Of a DNA stretch of 34,432 bases, positions 24,226 through 34,432 are shown piece after piece; position 1 is the first letter of the stretch, and every line of letters starts with the position of its first letter. Made by a program: the position numbers and the translations under genes. The DNA is from Octopus bimaculoides (lineage: Eukaryota), in NCBI RefSeq assembly GCF_001194135.2, contig NC_068992.1:26106180-26140611 (forward strand). Reading direction: 5' to 3'. The notes beneath the pieces were generated by a model that ran no database searches, was not told where the DNA came from, and saw nothing but the letters and a program-made list of their open reading frames with translations.

Positions 24226-24279
<54 letters not shown>
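24226..24279. repeat. (CA)n-(TA)n microsatellite
   Basis: Direct reading. Confidence 0.95.
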
Positions 24280-25267
24280 NNNNNNNNNNNNNNNNNNNNN
24301 NNNNNNNNNNNNNNNNNNNNNNNNNNNNNNNNNNNNNNNNNNNNNNNNNNNNNNNNNNNNNNNNNNNNNNNNNNNNNNNNNNNNNNNNNNNNNNNNNNNN
24401 NNNNNNNNNNNNNNNNNNNNNNNNNNNNNNNNNNNNNNNNNNNNNNNNNNNNNNNNNNNNNNNNNNNNNNNNNNNNNNNNNNNNNNNNNNNNNNNNNNNN
24501 NNNNNNNNNNNNNNNNNNNNNNNNNNNNNNNNNNNNNNNNNNNNNNNNNNNNNNNNNNNNNNNNNNNNNNNNNNNNNNNNNNNNNNNNNNNNNNNNNNNN
24601 NNNNNNNNNNNNNNNNNNNNNNNNNNNNNNNNNNNNNNNNNNNNNNNNNNNNNNNNNNNNNNNNNNNNNNNNNNNNNNNNNNNNNNNNNNNNNNNNNNNN
24701 NNNNNNNNNNNNNNNNNNNNNNNNNNNNNNNNNNNNNNNNNNNNNNNNNNNNNNNNNNNNNNNNNNNNNNNNNNNNNNNNNNNNNNNNNNNNNNNNNNNN
24801 NNNNNNNNNNNNNNNNNNNNNNNNNNNNNNNNNNNNNNNNNNNNNNNNNNNNNNNNNNNNNNNNNNNNNNNNNNNNNNNNNNNNNNNNNNNNNNNNNNNN
24901 NNNNNNNNNNNNNNNNNNNNNNNNNNNNNNNNNNNNNNNNNNNNNNNNNNNNNNNNNNNNNNNNNNNNNNNNNNNNNNNNNNNNNNNNNNNNNNNNNNNN
25001 NNNNNNNNNNNNNNNNNNNNNNNNNNNNNNNNNNNNNNNNNNNNNNNNNNNNNNACATACATACATACATACATACATACATGCGTTTGCATACACCCAT
25101 ACATGCACACACGCCCATATCATATTAGTTATTCTATTCTGACAGTTATGACCTATATCTCTATCTATGTATCTATATATCTATCTGTCTATCTATCTAT
25201 CAGTTATCTATCGTTCTATCTATCTTAGGAATATACATGCACATATATATATATATATATATATATA

Positions 25268-25645
25268 TACGTGGCTGTGTGGTACGAAGCTTGCTTCACA
25301 ACCAAATGTTTTCGGGTGCAGTCCCACAGCGTAGCAACTTGGGTGTCTTATGCTATAGCCCCTGGCCGTCCAAAGCATTATGAGTGGATATGGAAGACGG
25401 AAACGGAAGTCCGTCGTATATATATACGTATATGTCTGTGTGTATATGCTTGTTCCCCCACAATCGCTTGACAACTGATGTTGGTGCGTTTACGTCACCG
25501 TAAAGCAGCGGTTCGGTAAGAAGACCTCGATCGAATAAGTAGTAGGCTTACAAAAAATACGTTCTGGGTTCAACTAAAGGTAGTGCTCTAGCACGGCCAC
25601 AGTCAAATGACTGAAACATGTAAAAGAATAAGGAATAAAAGAATA
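25268..25645 (+). mobile_element. Near full-length tRNA-derived SINE with internal (TA)/(TG) tract
   Basis: gtggctgtgtggtacgaagc (A-box-like), gggtgcagtccc (B-box-like), internal microsatellite, tail gtgctctagcacggccacagtcaaatgactgaaac, ending in aagaata repeats. Confidence 0.92.
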
Positions 25646-26240
25646 TATATACATATTTACATACATGCATATATATATATATATAAATACACACGCACAT
25701 ACCTATACACACACTCAAACATTCACACACATATGTGTGTGTACATATGTATATACAGATACACACGTATACATATACATTTATATATACTTATATATTT
25801 ATATTCTTATTGCTAAATACAATCTGTTTAGACTCCTGCGAATATCAGTCTGTCTATATTACAAGTTCGCCCACCATATCATTCTTACCTATAACATATA
25901 AGCCATTTATATATTTACATGTTCAATTGCATAAGTTATCAAAATTGTTCTATGCATTGGTAAACTGCTATAATATAGTTGATTGACCTGAGACTTTGTT
26001 TCGTTGGTTTACCGTCTCACACTTATATTAAAAATATTCAAATTATCTTTTTAGATGCTGAGTTTTTCAATAAATAATGTATTTCAATACATGTAACGTT
26101 CATTGACCTGAGTTTATCACAAATGCAATCTAAAATGAAAACTGAGATTTCTTTTTTTAAAATTATACAATCATTTTGACGAACATCATAATCACTTCAT
26201 CCATGATATTACCTTTCTTTCAGTATGTTTATCACCTTTG

Positions 26241-26620
26241 TGGAGGCGCAATGGCCTGGTGGTTAGGGCAGCGGACTCGTAGTCGTAGGATCACGGTTTC
26301 GATTCCCAGAGCGAGCGTTATGAGTGGTTATTAAGCGAAAACACCCGAAGCTCTACAAGGCTCTGGCAAGGGGTGGTAGTGAACCTTGCTGTACTCTTTC
26401 ACCACAAACTTTTCTTATTCTTTCTTCCTGTTTCTGTTGTACCTGTATATTAAAGATCCAGACTTGTCACACTCTGTGTCACGCTGGATCTAACTGAGAA
26501 CTGCCTTAAGTGTACACGTGTCTATGGAGTGCTCAGCCATTTGCTCGTTAACTTCACGAGCAGGCCGTTCTGTTGATCGCATCAACTGGAACCCTCGACG
26601 TCGTAACCGATGGAGTGCCA
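26241..26620 (+). mobile_element. Full-length tRNA-derived SINE
   Basis: ggaggcgcaatggcctggtggttagggcagcggactc (A box)...ggtttcgattccc (B box), followed by a unique body whose 3' part is homologous to about 3390-3510. Confidence 0.9.
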
Positions 26621-26741
26621 CGAGTTATTACCCCCAAATTAAATTCTGCAATATTGACATGTACGCGTATATTCTCTCACATGCAGCAACGTATACGTGG
26701 TGATGAGGTGTGGAATTTTGTTTGTCAAAGGGTGAAGAAAC

Positions 26742-27238
26742 CCTTCAGTCATGAATGGCCAAGGGATTGCACTTGATAAATTCTACCCCTAAGCACAAGT
26801 GCGGTCATGGTTGTTTCTTCTTTTTTTTTACTGCCCACAGAGGGGACAAACAAGGACAGACAAACGGATAAAGTCGATTAGATCGATCCCAGTGCTGGTA
26901 CTTATTTAATCGACCCCGAAAGGATGAAAGGCAAAGTCGACCTCGGCGGAATTTGAACTCAGAACGTAGCAGCAGACGAAATACCACTAAGCATTTCGCC
27001 CGGCGTGCTAACGTTTCTGGCAGCTCGCGGTTTCTAGAGGACCAACAGTCACCCTTGCATACCAACCTCCCCTCATCACGCCACCGATGTTGGCACCAGT
27101 GGCGTCGCAGGTCATTTCTACAGCTCGGTGAACATGAAATGGTGTCTTGCTAAAGAACGTATATCCCGGTCCAGGTATCGAACTCACTACCACATTATTG
27201 TGAGTTCAACACTCCAGCCACTGAGTCATGCGCCTTCA
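26742..27238 (-). mobile_element. tRNA-derived CORE-like SINE, interrupted at 26819-27029 by another SINE
   Basis: Head on the reverse strand gtgaaggcgcatgactcagtggctggagtgttgaac...gagttcgatacctggaccggg. Body continues to 27030 and resumes at 26818 (aaacaaccatgacc...cattcatgactgaagggt). Confidence 0.8.
26819..27029 (-). mobile_element. Young, well-preserved SINE of the 10284/21185 family
   Basis: Reverse strand gcgagctgccagaaacgttagcacgccgggcgaaatgcttag...gagttcaaattccgccgaggtcgactttgcctttcatcctttcggggtcgattaaataagtaccag..., ending in an A-rich tail. Confidence 0.93.
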
Positions 27239-27521
27239 CAAGTTATGGATATGATCCAGACTGAGAACATTTGCATGAAATGTTTTATCGAAAATGCTAG
27301 GTGTTGCCGAGATTATATGTAAACGATTGACTATCAAGATGATATTAAACGGTAAAATTCGAGGATCTTTTTGAATAATGGGAATCACGGAAAATATTTC
27401 TCAGCATTCCGATTTACATGAGGAATTATAAGTTTCATCACCAGGTATGAGAAAGAAATGGTCGATTGTGGAATGAGGTGAATAGCTTCATCTGAGTATT
27501 GGTGCGTACGCCTTGTTTCAG

Positions 27522-27603
27522 TTGTACAATGGGAAAGAAACTAGAATGCGAGAAATTGGCGTATTTTAACAAAAACGAGTTCAAGCAAAATAGGAAAATG
27601 ATG
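27522..27603 (+). CDS. Candidate exon (phase 2 to 0): CTMGKKLECEKLAYFNKNEFKQNRKMM
   Basis: Acceptor cgccttgtttcag, donor ATG|GTGAGA, a single open frame. Confidence 0.3.
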
Positions 27604-27888
27604 GTGAGAAACAGGTCACATGATGTTAGTGATAGTTGAAAAAGCATGGCAGGGACTCAATAAAGACAATATCCATTAACTTCATGTTTCCTGACGGGAA
27701 ACGAAACTAAACTATTGAGTTAAAAGCAATGGAATTTGTATAATAGTTTTACTACTATCCACGTAACGACCAGAAGAATTAACTCAAAACAAAGATGTTT
27801 CTCTCAAAAGGAAGACAAGATTCGAAATACTTTAACTTAGACCATAAATATATAAATACATTTGGAAATCACTATTTTTTAATCTCAG

Positions 27889-28051
27889 AACGCGAGATAT
27901 TCAGCAACAGTATTTTGTAGTCTCCTGGGGCTAAATTACAGCAACATTCGTCCTAAACCAGGACTGCCATGTTATGTTGGCAAAAAATCTTTACTCCATA
28001 AATACACTTATTTTGATTTATTCCGCTATGTTCTACACTTAAACTATTATG
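27889..28051 (+). CDS. Candidate exon (phase 0 to 1): NARYSATVFCSLLGLNYSNIRPKPGLPCYVGKKSLLHKYTYFDLFRYVLHLNYY
   Basis: Strong acceptor actattttttaatctcag; 54 open codons starting just after an in-frame stop; moderate donor G|gtatcg; in phase with 27522-27603. Confidence 0.35.
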
Positions 28052-28256
28052 GTATCGATTTTAGTCTCCATCTATCCTACATTCAGTCATTAACACCTAG
28101 CAATATATCTGTATGTGTGGATGTGTTTGTGTGTGTGTGTATGTGTGTGTGTGTGTGTGTGTGCATGTGTATGTGTGTGTGTGTATACATATATAAATGT
28201 ATATTCATTTGATATATACATTCATATATATGTATACAGATACATATATATGAAAA

Positions 28257-29100
28257 TTCCAGGCCCTACGCTACCAGCACACGAAGCTAAACGACATGCA
28301 CACAGGATACACTGACCCAGGAGGAATTGAAATCCCTGAATCAAAATCAGTGTTTGACCTGGTCATTGACATGAGCAATGAGACATCTTTCCAAGTGTAT
28401 ATTACCAATTTGGTAATGAAATGCAGACGGCTCGCTGGATGGATCCTCCGAACTTTCAAAACAAGAAAAAAGGAGGCATTGATGATCCTTTGGAGGACAT
28501 ACGTTCTCAGCCGCTTAAACTACTGCTCCCAACTATGGTCACCACACAATGTAAAATCAACGGTGGAACTTGATGCAATCCAACGAAGCTACACTAAGTA
28601 AATCGTCTCGATGCAACGTATCAGCTATAGGGAAAGACTGAAGGAGTTAAAACCTTTCCCTTTTCATCGAAGACGGGAAAGATATGGAGTGATATACATC
28701 TGGAAAATCCTAGAAGGTCTTGTAGCAAACTCTGGCACTGAAAGTTACTCAAACTGCAGGACGGGGCGCCATTGCATAGTGCCAAAGATCCCAGAATCAG
28801 CAGCAAAATATAGGACCATATACTGCAACAGCCTGCGGTTCAAGGGCCCACAGCTCTTCAATATGCTTCCAAAATGCCTGAGGGACCTGCATAGCATGGA
28901 TGTAAGTGTGTTTAAAACAAAATTGGATCTGTTACTATGAATGGTTCCAAACGAACTTACCTCACGGTAGGAAACACAGATGAGGGCAGTGGCATAAAAA
29001 CTCCGTCATTGACCAAATGCTACATATCAGAGAAGGTTTCAAATAATGGTGTAGCTCAACAACGGTGTGCCCCAGAATAACCGCACCTTTGAAGCTAAAC
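28257..29100 (+). mobile_element. CR1-clade LINE, 5'-truncated 3' end (RT C-terminal region and 3' UTR)
   Basis: KCRRLAGWILRTF...RLNYCSQLWSP...QRSYTK...SYRERLKEL...RRRERYGVIYIWKILEG...GPQLFNMLP...FKTKLD motifs of CR1/L2-group ORF2; few stops. Confidence 0.92.
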
Positions 29101-29135
29101 ATTTTAAAGAGTAAATATTAAAGATTATATATATA

Positions 29136-29498
29136 CATGGTTCTGGGTTCAGTCCCACTGCATCGTACCTTAGGCAAGTTTCTCCTGCTATACCGTCGGT
29201 CCGATCAAAGCCTTGTGAGTGAATTTGGTAGACGGATACCGAAAGAAGCCCGTCGTATATATATATATGTGTGTGTGTGCGTGTGTGTGTTCGTATTTTT
29301 GGGACTGTACCCACAACGTTGCTTGACAACCGATGTTCGTGTGTTTACGTCCCCGTTACTTAGCGGTTCAGCAAAAAGTCGGAGAGAATAAGGACTAGAC
29401 TTACAAAGAATAAGTCCTGGGGTCGATTTGCTAGTTTAAAAGCGGTGCTCCAGCATGGCCGCAGTCAAATGACAAATAAATAAAAGTATAAAAGAATA
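29136..29498 (+). mobile_element. tRNA-derived SINE (25268 family), slightly 5'-truncated
   Basis: ggttctgggttcagtcccactgc...gtagacggataccgaaagaagcccgtcg(TA)(TG)...gtccccgttacttagcggttc...gcggtgctccagcatggccgcagtcaaatgac. Confidence 0.93.
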
Positions 29499-30904
29499 TA
29501 TATGTGTGTATACATATGTTTATATATGCATATATACAAACATATATATTCATTTCAAACAAATATACGTATATATATGTACACACATGCGTATATATAT
29601 ATATATATATATATATATATNNNNNNNNNNNNNNNNNNNNNNNNNNNNNNNNNNNNNNNNNNNNNNNNNNNNNNNNNNNNNNNNNNNNNNNNNNNNNNNN
29701 NNNNNNNNNNNNNNNNNNNNNNNNNNNNNNNNNNNNNNNNNNNNNNNNNNNNNNNNNNNNNNNNNNNNNNNNNNNNNNNNNNNNNNNNNNNNNNNNNNNN
29801 NNNNNNNNNNNNNNNNNNNNNNNNNNNNNNNNNNNNNNNNNNNNNNNNNNNNNNNNNNNNNNNNNNNNNNNNNNNNNNNNNNNNNNNNNNNNNNNNNNNN
29901 NNNNNNNNNNNNNNNNNNNNNNNNNNNNNNNNNNNNNNNNNNNNNNNNNNNNNNNNNNNNNNNNNNNNNNNNNNNNNNNNNNNNNNNNNNNNNNNNNNNN
30001 NNNNNNNNNNNNNNNNNNNNNNNNNNNNNNNNNNNNNNNNNNNNNNNNNNNNNNNNNNNNNNNNNNNNNNNNNNNNNNNNNNNNNNNNNNNNNNNNNNNN
30101 NNNNNNNNNNNNNNNNNNNNNNNNNNNNNNNNNNNNNNNNNNNNNNNNNNNNNNNNNNNNNNNNNNNNNNNNNNNNNNNNATATATATATATATATATAT
30201 GCATCAAATGACGGTTGTATGAATCAATGTTAAATTATACTTTTTATGTATAGTCTTAGTTGTTTACAAATAATATGAAGTGACTGGCTATTTTGGGGCG
30301 AATATCTTACTTACAGTTTCATATTCTGCTTTAGAAAATGTGTATGACAAAATGGTTTAAATAATCTAGAATGGTATTACTCTCCAAATCAATGTAAACG
30401 TTTCTAGACGAGGTTATGTATTCTTTATTGCTCCCGTATATAAATACAGATCGATTGACATATATCTGCCGTCTATCTATTAATGTACATGTAGATGTGC
30501 CTCAAATTAAAAGGCAAAAAATCTGAATAACTGATCAATGAACCAATTACACATTGTTTATTATCTTCATATCAAGTTTCCGTACATAAGTGATTGTAAC
30601 TTTTTATCAACACTCAACTGGTATTCAATTACACTGAGATATGCTATTTATATCATGGTAACATAATAATAGTCGCAAGAATCAATATGTCGTAATTGAT
30701 TTCACTTATAGAGTTAAGCTATGTAAACTGCTTTCCTGCGAGATTAGGGAGAGACAGAAGATAAACAGCTTAAAATCTCATCATCTAGACAGAGTAATAA
30801 ATTGGAAGTTGATGCAGCTTTCACTTAGACAATATTAAATATATGTGAGCGTGTGTGTATGCGTGTATGTATGCACACACATATAGATACACACACACAC
30901 ACAT

Positions 30905-30964
<60 letters not shown>

Positions 30965-31065
30965 GTTTTGCAAGATTCTTGATATGAATTCGTGTGCTGA
31001 AACAGATATTGCTGTATTTGAGGATGGTCATGTTGCTAGTACAGCCAATGAAAACTCACGTACTA

Positions 31066-31187
31066 TATAGTTGGTGTTCATTTGCTTCAGCTTTCTTTCC
31101 TATTAATTGTATTTCGGCCAGAAAGAAGTGTGGCCGAAATACAATTAACAGGAAAGAAAGATGAAGCAAGTCAACACCGAATCTATA
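31066..31187. repeat. Long inverted repeat/hairpin (50-bp core stem, 10-nt loop)
   Basis: 31071-31120 pairs with 31131-31180: 18 perfect bp next to the loop gaaagaagtg, 3 mismatches and 2 G:U in total. Confidence 0.92.
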
Positions 31188-31694
31188 GTGCGTTTGTTTT
31201 GTCAATATGACTATCTCTAAAAACAAGAATATACATATATGTATATATGTATGTAGGTAGGTAGGTAGGTAGGTAGGTAAACTGATATTCCGACAACTCA
31301 TTTCTGAATACGTATCAGACAACAGATACCAAATGATATCTAGATACCAAATGATACCAAGTATAATGTAATAAAGATGTAATTTTGAAAGTCTTTCAAA
31401 AGAGGAAAATAACCGCGCACACACACCACATACAAGCCCCAACACACATAAACATACACACACGCACACATATGCACTCACATTCACACACTACACACGC
31501 ACGACACACACAGACATGCACACACGCTCAAATACACAACCCTCACACCTCACTCACGCACACGCCACACGAACCACATAAACGTAAAAATTCTTTCGAA
31601 ATTAAATCTTTATCACATTATAGCTCTTACGAGTTGGTCTATGTGAGTTTCCCTAGAACCGGTATGTATGTACGTGTGCATGAATGTATAGCGG

Positions 31695-31760
31695 GCTGGT
31701 TACAGTTTCCGTCTACCACATCCAGTCACACAGCTTTGGCCAGCCCAAGATTATGGATAT
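31695..31760 (-). mobile_element. Small fragment of the 25268-family SINE
   Basis: cagtttccgtctaccacatccagtcacacagctttggcc is the reverse complement of the ccaaagccttgtgagtggatttggtagacggaaactg block. Confidence 0.7.
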
Positions 31761-31798
31761 ATATTTATACATACACACACGCACACACAAACATACAT

Positions 31799-31799
31799 A

Positions 31800-31836
<37 letters not shown>

Positions 31837-31861
31837 CTCTCTCTCTCTCTCTCTCTCTATA
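31799..31861. repeat. (TATC)n-(TC)n microsatellite
   Basis: Direct reading. Confidence 0.95.
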
Positions 31862-32580
31862 NNNNNNNNNNNNNNNNNNNNNNNNNNNNNNNNNNNNNNN
31901 NNNNNNNNNNNNNNNNNNNNNNNNNNNNNNNNNNNNNNNNNNNNNNNNNNNNNNNNNNNNNNNNNNNNNNNNNNNNNNNNNNNNNNNNNNNNNNNNNNNN
32001 NNNNNNNNNNNNNNNNNNNNNNNNNNNNNNNNNNNNNNNNNNNNNNNNNNNNNNNNNNNNNNNNNNNNNNNNNNNNNNNNNNNNNNNNNNNNNNNNNNNN
32101 NNNNNNNNNNNNNNNNNNNNNNNNNNNNNNNNNNNNNNNNNNNNNNNNNNNNNNNNNNNNNNNNNNNNNNNNNNNNNNNNNNNNNNNNNNNNNNNNNNNN
32201 NNNNNNNNNNNNNNNNNNNNNNNNNNNNNNNNNNNNNNNNNNNNNNNNNNNNNNNNNNNNNNNNNNNNNNNNNNNNNNNNNNNNNNNNNNNNNNNNNNNN
32301 NNNNNNNNNNNNNNNNNNNNNNNNNNNNNNNNNNNNNNNNNNNNNNNNNNNNNNNNNNNNNNNNNNNNNNNNNNNNNNNNNNNNNNNNNNNNNNNNNNNN
32401 NNNNNNNNNNNNNNNNNNNNNNNNNNNNNNNNNNNNNNNNNNNNNNNNNNNNNNNNNNNNNNNNNNNNNNNNNNNNNNNNNNNNNNNNNNNNNNNNNNNN
32501 NNNNNNNNNNNNNNNNNNNNNNTTGTAATGTTTTTGCAGCATTTGCAACCGTTTTCCCGGTTTCCATGGCGTATACATAC

Positions 32581-32618
<38 letters not shown>

Positions 32619-33725
32619 GAAGTCTTCCATATAGTTTCTGTTAGAAGTTACGAAGTGTGTAAGATGTAATCAATGCATCTAGCAGAATTTTTTTTTATTT
32701 TTAACTTAATCCATGTAATATGAACAACTATGCTCTCGTAAACTCAACAATGTATGATCACGCTTGTAAGGATGCCATGTGCCTCTAGGATCTATCTTTA
32801 TCCTCAAAGTAACCAGCTGACTTGCCTGGAATAGCGCGTAGTAAACGTGTAGTAACTGAGGATGAAAACCAATTCAGAAGAATCTTAACTTGAATATGAA
32901 GTGTTTGAAGTGTCGACGCCTCCTTAGAATGATGTGATCAAACAGCTCTGCCATTCTACCTGTCAACTATTATGTACAAAACGCCAGTCCTTCATCTCGA
33001 TTATCTACAGCAGGCATTCTGCCTTAGAACAAGAAAATTACATTGGTTAAACAACCTATTTGCCTTCCTCTAGTTACGTCAATGCACATATATGTCTATT
33101 TGTCCGTTCAAAGAAACATCACCACGGACATGTTGCATCTATAAAGGCTAACATATAATACAGACCAGTATACTTCCTTTCACGAACCGCGTATTCTATT
33201 CATTTCCCTACAGAGTAACACACATCAAACACGTATCTATATGTACATACACGAACTGAATATAAAAACACGTGCCAAGATGTTCCCTTTGCAGCTGGAA
33301 TAGAGATTTGCAATACTAAATGTTTCTGTTTACTTTCATATACCCGACATTAATTATTCATCAGTGAAAGTAAAACAACACACTGTCCAAACACGTATAC
33401 ACGCATTGATGCGCATACAACATGCAAACACACAGCACAAAAACACACCGCTTGCACATGCAAGTACCCGTGGAAACTATACACCCTATTTAGCGGCGCA
33501 CAAACGCACACACATGTGCATACATACACACATTCACACTCTACGCATATACAAACACAAGCATACAAATGCGTATGCAGATACATATGCACGCGCTACA
33601 GACGCACCGATGCGATTTTCAACATACGTATAAAATCTTCTCACATATTGCATTATATAAATATGCACGCCACACCACATATGTATGCAAATATTCTCTT
33701 CAACACTTTGACATATTATGCAGGT

Positions 33726-33728
<3 letters not shown>

Positions 33729-33790
<62 letters not shown>

Positions 33791-33792
33791 CA
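33729..33792. repeat. (CA)n microsatellite
   Basis: Direct reading. Confidence 0.95.
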
Positions 33793-34432
33793 GAGACAGA
33801 CAGGCACACACGTACACACATATACATCGATATACTCAAACGATGAACACCTTAATATCAGGTGTACATATTGTTATAAACAGCTCGTTCATAGCTTTCC
33901 TTGAAAATTCTCAACATTGCCATATCCAATTCCTACGCAGACACTCGAGTCTCAATTACCCATTGCTCGAGAAGCCGTATTAAATTAATCATTTATACAC
34001 TTACAAACAATTCTTTCCTCTTTCTCCTCTACATTTCATTCAAGAAGTACCACTATTCTAAGCAAGTCTTATTCCTCTTTTTCTTTTGCAGGTTAGACAG
34101 CGATTCTGAGGCTTTAGAGTTACGACTTTTTTTTATTTTTGGCTGCGGAGATTTTTTCCCCTCTATTTTCTGTCTCTCATTTGTTTCTTATAGTTTCACT
34201 GAACCTTACACATACAACATCTAACAGAGTCGTGTGTTTAATGCATCGAAGTATATAATTGCAAGCGAATATATTTGTATATTTGAAAAATGATTAACTT
34301 CACTGGTAGTTCTAATTAGTTTCATTTACTGTTTTTCAATTTATATATATTTACACATATATATGTATGCATATGTAAGTATGCATAGTTAATATAAACA
34401 TGTATATATACACACACACACAAATATATATA

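Noticed and set aside
24071-25228. Long ORFs spanning N gaps (also 5251-5690, 7154-7622, 16008-16572, 17056-17649, 29431-30233, 31385-32644)
   Set aside because: Open only because N codons and dinucleotide repeats contain no stops.
26241-26315. tRNA-like sequence with A and B boxes (also 25268, 27160-27238)
   Set aside because: No complete cloverleaf or acceptor stem, and each continues into a SINE body; these are SINE heads, not tRNA genes.
1-34432. CRISPR arrays, operons or prokaryotic defence systems
   Set aside because: The window is intron-rich eukaryotic DNA with no regularly spaced repeat-spacer pattern and no intact long ORFs.

Overview
AT-rich, microsatellite-saturated eukaryotic genomic DNA from a gapped short-read scaffold (9 N-gaps, nearly all bordered by (TA)n or (AG)n). 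The SINE families present match, from my recollection of their consensus sequences, the high-copy tRNA-derived SINEs of octopus, so the source is most likely Octopus sp. (inference, not a database hit). There is no long intact ORF, CRISPR array, rRNA or functional tRNA. Most long ORFs in the supplied track are artefacts of microsatellites or N-gaps. The window reads as mostly intronic. It contains decayed non-LTR retroelements: three R4/Dong-type fragments, Penelope-like RT and GIY-YIG pieces, and a CR1 3' end. It also has about 12 SINE copies from about 4 families, one nested inside another. Scattered short + strand segments with good splice signals join in phase into a protein I do not recognise (best support: 76-203, 6776-6878, 9294-9331). 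A CCAAT/ETS/CpG-rich promoter-like island lies at about 13.2-13.5 kb, and a 50-bp-stem hairpin at 31.07-31.19 kb. I found no clear novel multi-gene system. The best leads are the unidentified spliced gene(s), the promoter island, the hairpin, and a SINE/CR1 shared 3' tail. TE and microsatellite boundaries are approximate (tens of bp).
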